NCBI GenBank assembly: GCA_963695855.1
Contig: CAVOHZ010000010.1
Coordinates: forward strand, 1,536,001 to 1,600,000
Origin: an uncultured Nitrososphaerales archaeon
GTDB taxonomy: Archaea > Thermoproteota > Nitrososphaeria > Nitrososphaerales > Nitrososphaeraceae
DNA: 64,000 bases
Direction of reading: 5' to 3'
Shown here: piece after piece, positions 62,172 to 64,000 of the stretch
Layout of the letters: each line of letters starts with the position of its first letter
Numbering within the stretch: the first letter of the stretch is position 1
Notes under the pieces: generated by a model
The model's database searches: none
The model's input: the letters and a program-made list of their open reading frames with translations, nothing else
What the model was told of the DNA's origin: nothing
Translations under genes and position numbers: made by a program

Positions 62172-62543
62172 TTAGTCCTTTAGTAAATCTAGAATACTTT
62201 CATGTTCACCTATCAGAATTCCTTTTCTTTCAAATAATTGCACTACACATACTGTAAATCCTACATGTGCACAACTATCGTCTTTACAATATGTACAGAA
62301 TGGAACACCATCATTGATGGATATTATCACGTCAGAATGTAGAGTATTATCATTTATAATAGATTCTTTATCTTTTTCATATCTTTTAAGTATCATATGA
62401 TTAACAGGAGAGTTTTTATTTTCTGAATTTAACCATTCCACAAAAGCAAATTCTCCATAATCCAAATTAGAAATATGAATTTTGTTTGCTTGCTTCTCTG
62501 ATGTTATTGCGTTTTTCAAATTTTTATCGATATCTTCGAACAT
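62172..62543 (-). CDS. hypothetical protein with C-terminal Cys/His cluster
   Basis: FCTYCKDDSCAHVGF motif. Confidence 0.65.
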   Translation of the reverse strand: MFEDIDKNLKNAITSEKQANKIHISNLDYGEFAFVEWLNSENKNSPVNHMILKRYEKDKESIINDNTLHSDVIISINDGVPFCTYCKDDSCAHVGFTVCVVQLFERKGILIGEHESILDLLKD

Positions 62544-62718
62544 TTTATGATCTTTTTTTATTACTCCTACTGCTTTGAATAGGCCTCATTTATAGTAATT
62601 CTCACTATCAACTAAATAAAATATAAAGATTTGGGATATATTCTATACGGCTCTGTAGGTGAAATGTTCGACAGAGCTAACATTCAAGAAGAAAGCCACT
62701 ACCAATACTCTTGCAAAT

Positions 62719-63747
62719 ATGTATGCGGCATTAGATTTAGGACAGAAAAACATTCAGGCAGTATTGAAAAATAAAGATGGTAAGATTATAAAGGAAAATA
62801 AAATACAGCGTAATACCAAAACAATACTAGAATTTCTTGATAATAGTAACAAGAATCATAATAATATTGATATTGTAATGGAGTCTGGTTACAACTATCA
62901 ATATCTATATGATCTTTTACAAGATGAAGGTTATAATGTAAAAGTAGCACATCCACTAATGGTCAAGGCAATAGCATATGCTAAAGTCAAGACAGATAAA
63001 GTAGATGCTAGAATATTAGCAGATCTACTAAGAATGGATATGATACCAGAATGTTATATACCTAATAAAGATATAAGAAATTTACGAGATCTAGTTAGAC
63101 GCAGATACTATTTTGTCAGTATTCGAACAATGTTCAAAAACAAAGCACATGTTGAGATGAGTAAAAGATGGTTAGATGCTAATGTGACTAATAATATAAC
63201 AACAACAATGATTAAAAATGATCCATTTTCTAAAAAAGGAAAATGTCATTTACGTTCACTGGGAATACATGCATTAGATGATTGCCTTGATACCATAGAT
63301 TTTCTAGATAGAAAAATAAAAGAGTTGGATACAGAAATAAAGAAATTGGCAATAGAAGATAAATACTCTAAACATCTTATGACAATTCCAGGTATATCTT
63401 ACTATGCAGCTCTTCTAATATCAAGCGAGATAGCAGATATTAACAGGTTTCCAGACTATGAACATCTGTGTTCTTATGCTAGATTAGTACCTGGTACATA
63501 TCAATCTGGAAATACATCATTCTCAAAAACAGACAAAAAACAAGGGAGCAAAATGCTAAACTGGATTATGGTACAGTGTACTCATACACATGTACGTTAT
63601 TGCCAATCATCGATAACAGTACATTACAACAAGATAAAGAATAGAAAGAGAAATAACAAAATTGCTATAATTGCAGCAGCAAGAAAATTAATGCGTGTGA
63701 TATATGTTATGCTAAAGGAAGATCGTCCCTTTAGACTGGATGAATAA
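62719..63747 (+). CDS. IS110-family transposase/recombinase (start moved to the ATG of MYAALDLG)
   Basis: RuvC-like DEDD residues (ALDLG, VMESG, KTDKVDA), TIPGI, catalytic serine in YQSG, AARKL. Confidence 0.95.
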   Translation: MYAALDLGQKNIQAVLKNKDGKIIKENKIQRNTKTILEFLDNSNKNHNNIDIVMESGYNYQYLYDLLQDEGYNVKVAHPLMVKAIAYAKVKTDKVDARILADLLRMDMIPECYIPNKDIRNLRDLVRRRYYFVSIRTMFKNKAHVEMSKRWLDANVTNNITTTMIKNDPFSKKGKCHLRSLGIHALDDCLDTIDFLDRKIKELDTEIKKLAIEDKYSKHLMTIPGISYYAALLISSEIADINRFPDYEHLCSYARLVPGTYQSGNTSFSKTDKKQGSKMLNWIMVQCTHTHVRYCQSSITVHYNKIKNRKRNNKIAIIAAARKLMRVIYVMLKEDRPFRLDE

Positions 63748-63759
63748 TAATATAGTATA

Positions 63760-63949
63760 GGACCTCTTGGTTTCTTGCATCGTCATATTGTTATTATTAT
63801 ATGATAAGTATGATGGATGCCATCTGTAGGTTAGGTCTGGCTACTACTAGCGCAAAGCCACGGTGCACTATTGGTGCGTATGGGAGAATGCTATTATTCA
63901 TCAGTTAATCATATTAGGAACGAGTATTATATGAACATGGGAGAAACCA
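63760..63949 (+). ncRNA. putative bridge/seek RNA of the IS110 element
   Basis: Stem GACCT/AGGTC enclosing an 11x12 internal loop and a GCATC...GATGC hairpin; further hairpins TGGCT/AGCCA, GCACT/GGTGC, TTCAT/ATGAA. Confidence 0.7.
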
Positions 63950-64000
63950 TCATAGCTAGCATCATTCTACCATTAATTATTGAATAAACAACAATCAAAA

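Larger units (their letters stand above)
62652..63951 (+). mobile_element. IS110-family insertion sequence, IS1111-like layout (short left end, long right end)
   Basis: DEDD transposase; inferred ends GGC|TC|TGTAGGT and AGAAACCA|TC|ATAGC share a TC core, and the joined ends match an internal loop in the right end. Confidence 0.8.

Noticed and set aside
62659-62718. GTG-started N-terminal extension of the transposase
   Set aside because: The first catalytic Asp sits just after ATG 62719 as in other IS110 enzymes; this stretch is better read as the non-coding left end

Overview
AT-rich archaeal chromosomal DNA. Gene content and order (non-discriminating aspS-gatCAB, amt, Zfx-type ferredoxin, class II HMG-CoA reductase ahead of the his operon, grpE-dnaK-dnaJ, tRNAs with non-canonical introns) point to an ammonia-oxidising Nitrososphaeria archaeon, probably Nitrosocosmicus-like (inference). 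Most of the window is housekeeping: translation, chaperones, amino-acid and sulfur metabolism. Features missing from the ORF track are a partial cdc48, two intron-containing tRNAs, three microproteins and a frameshifted SemiSWEET gene. Main findings: (1) an intact IS110-family element whose right end contains an internal loop matching both halves of the predicted circle junction, i.e. a readable bridge/seek RNA; (2) an aIF1A gene with TTA where the start codon is expected, overlapped by a 5-codon uORF; (3) long in-frame tandem repeats in adjacent grpE ((EPQ)35) and dnaK ((PTGGG)~8). All calls were made by eye, with no database searches.
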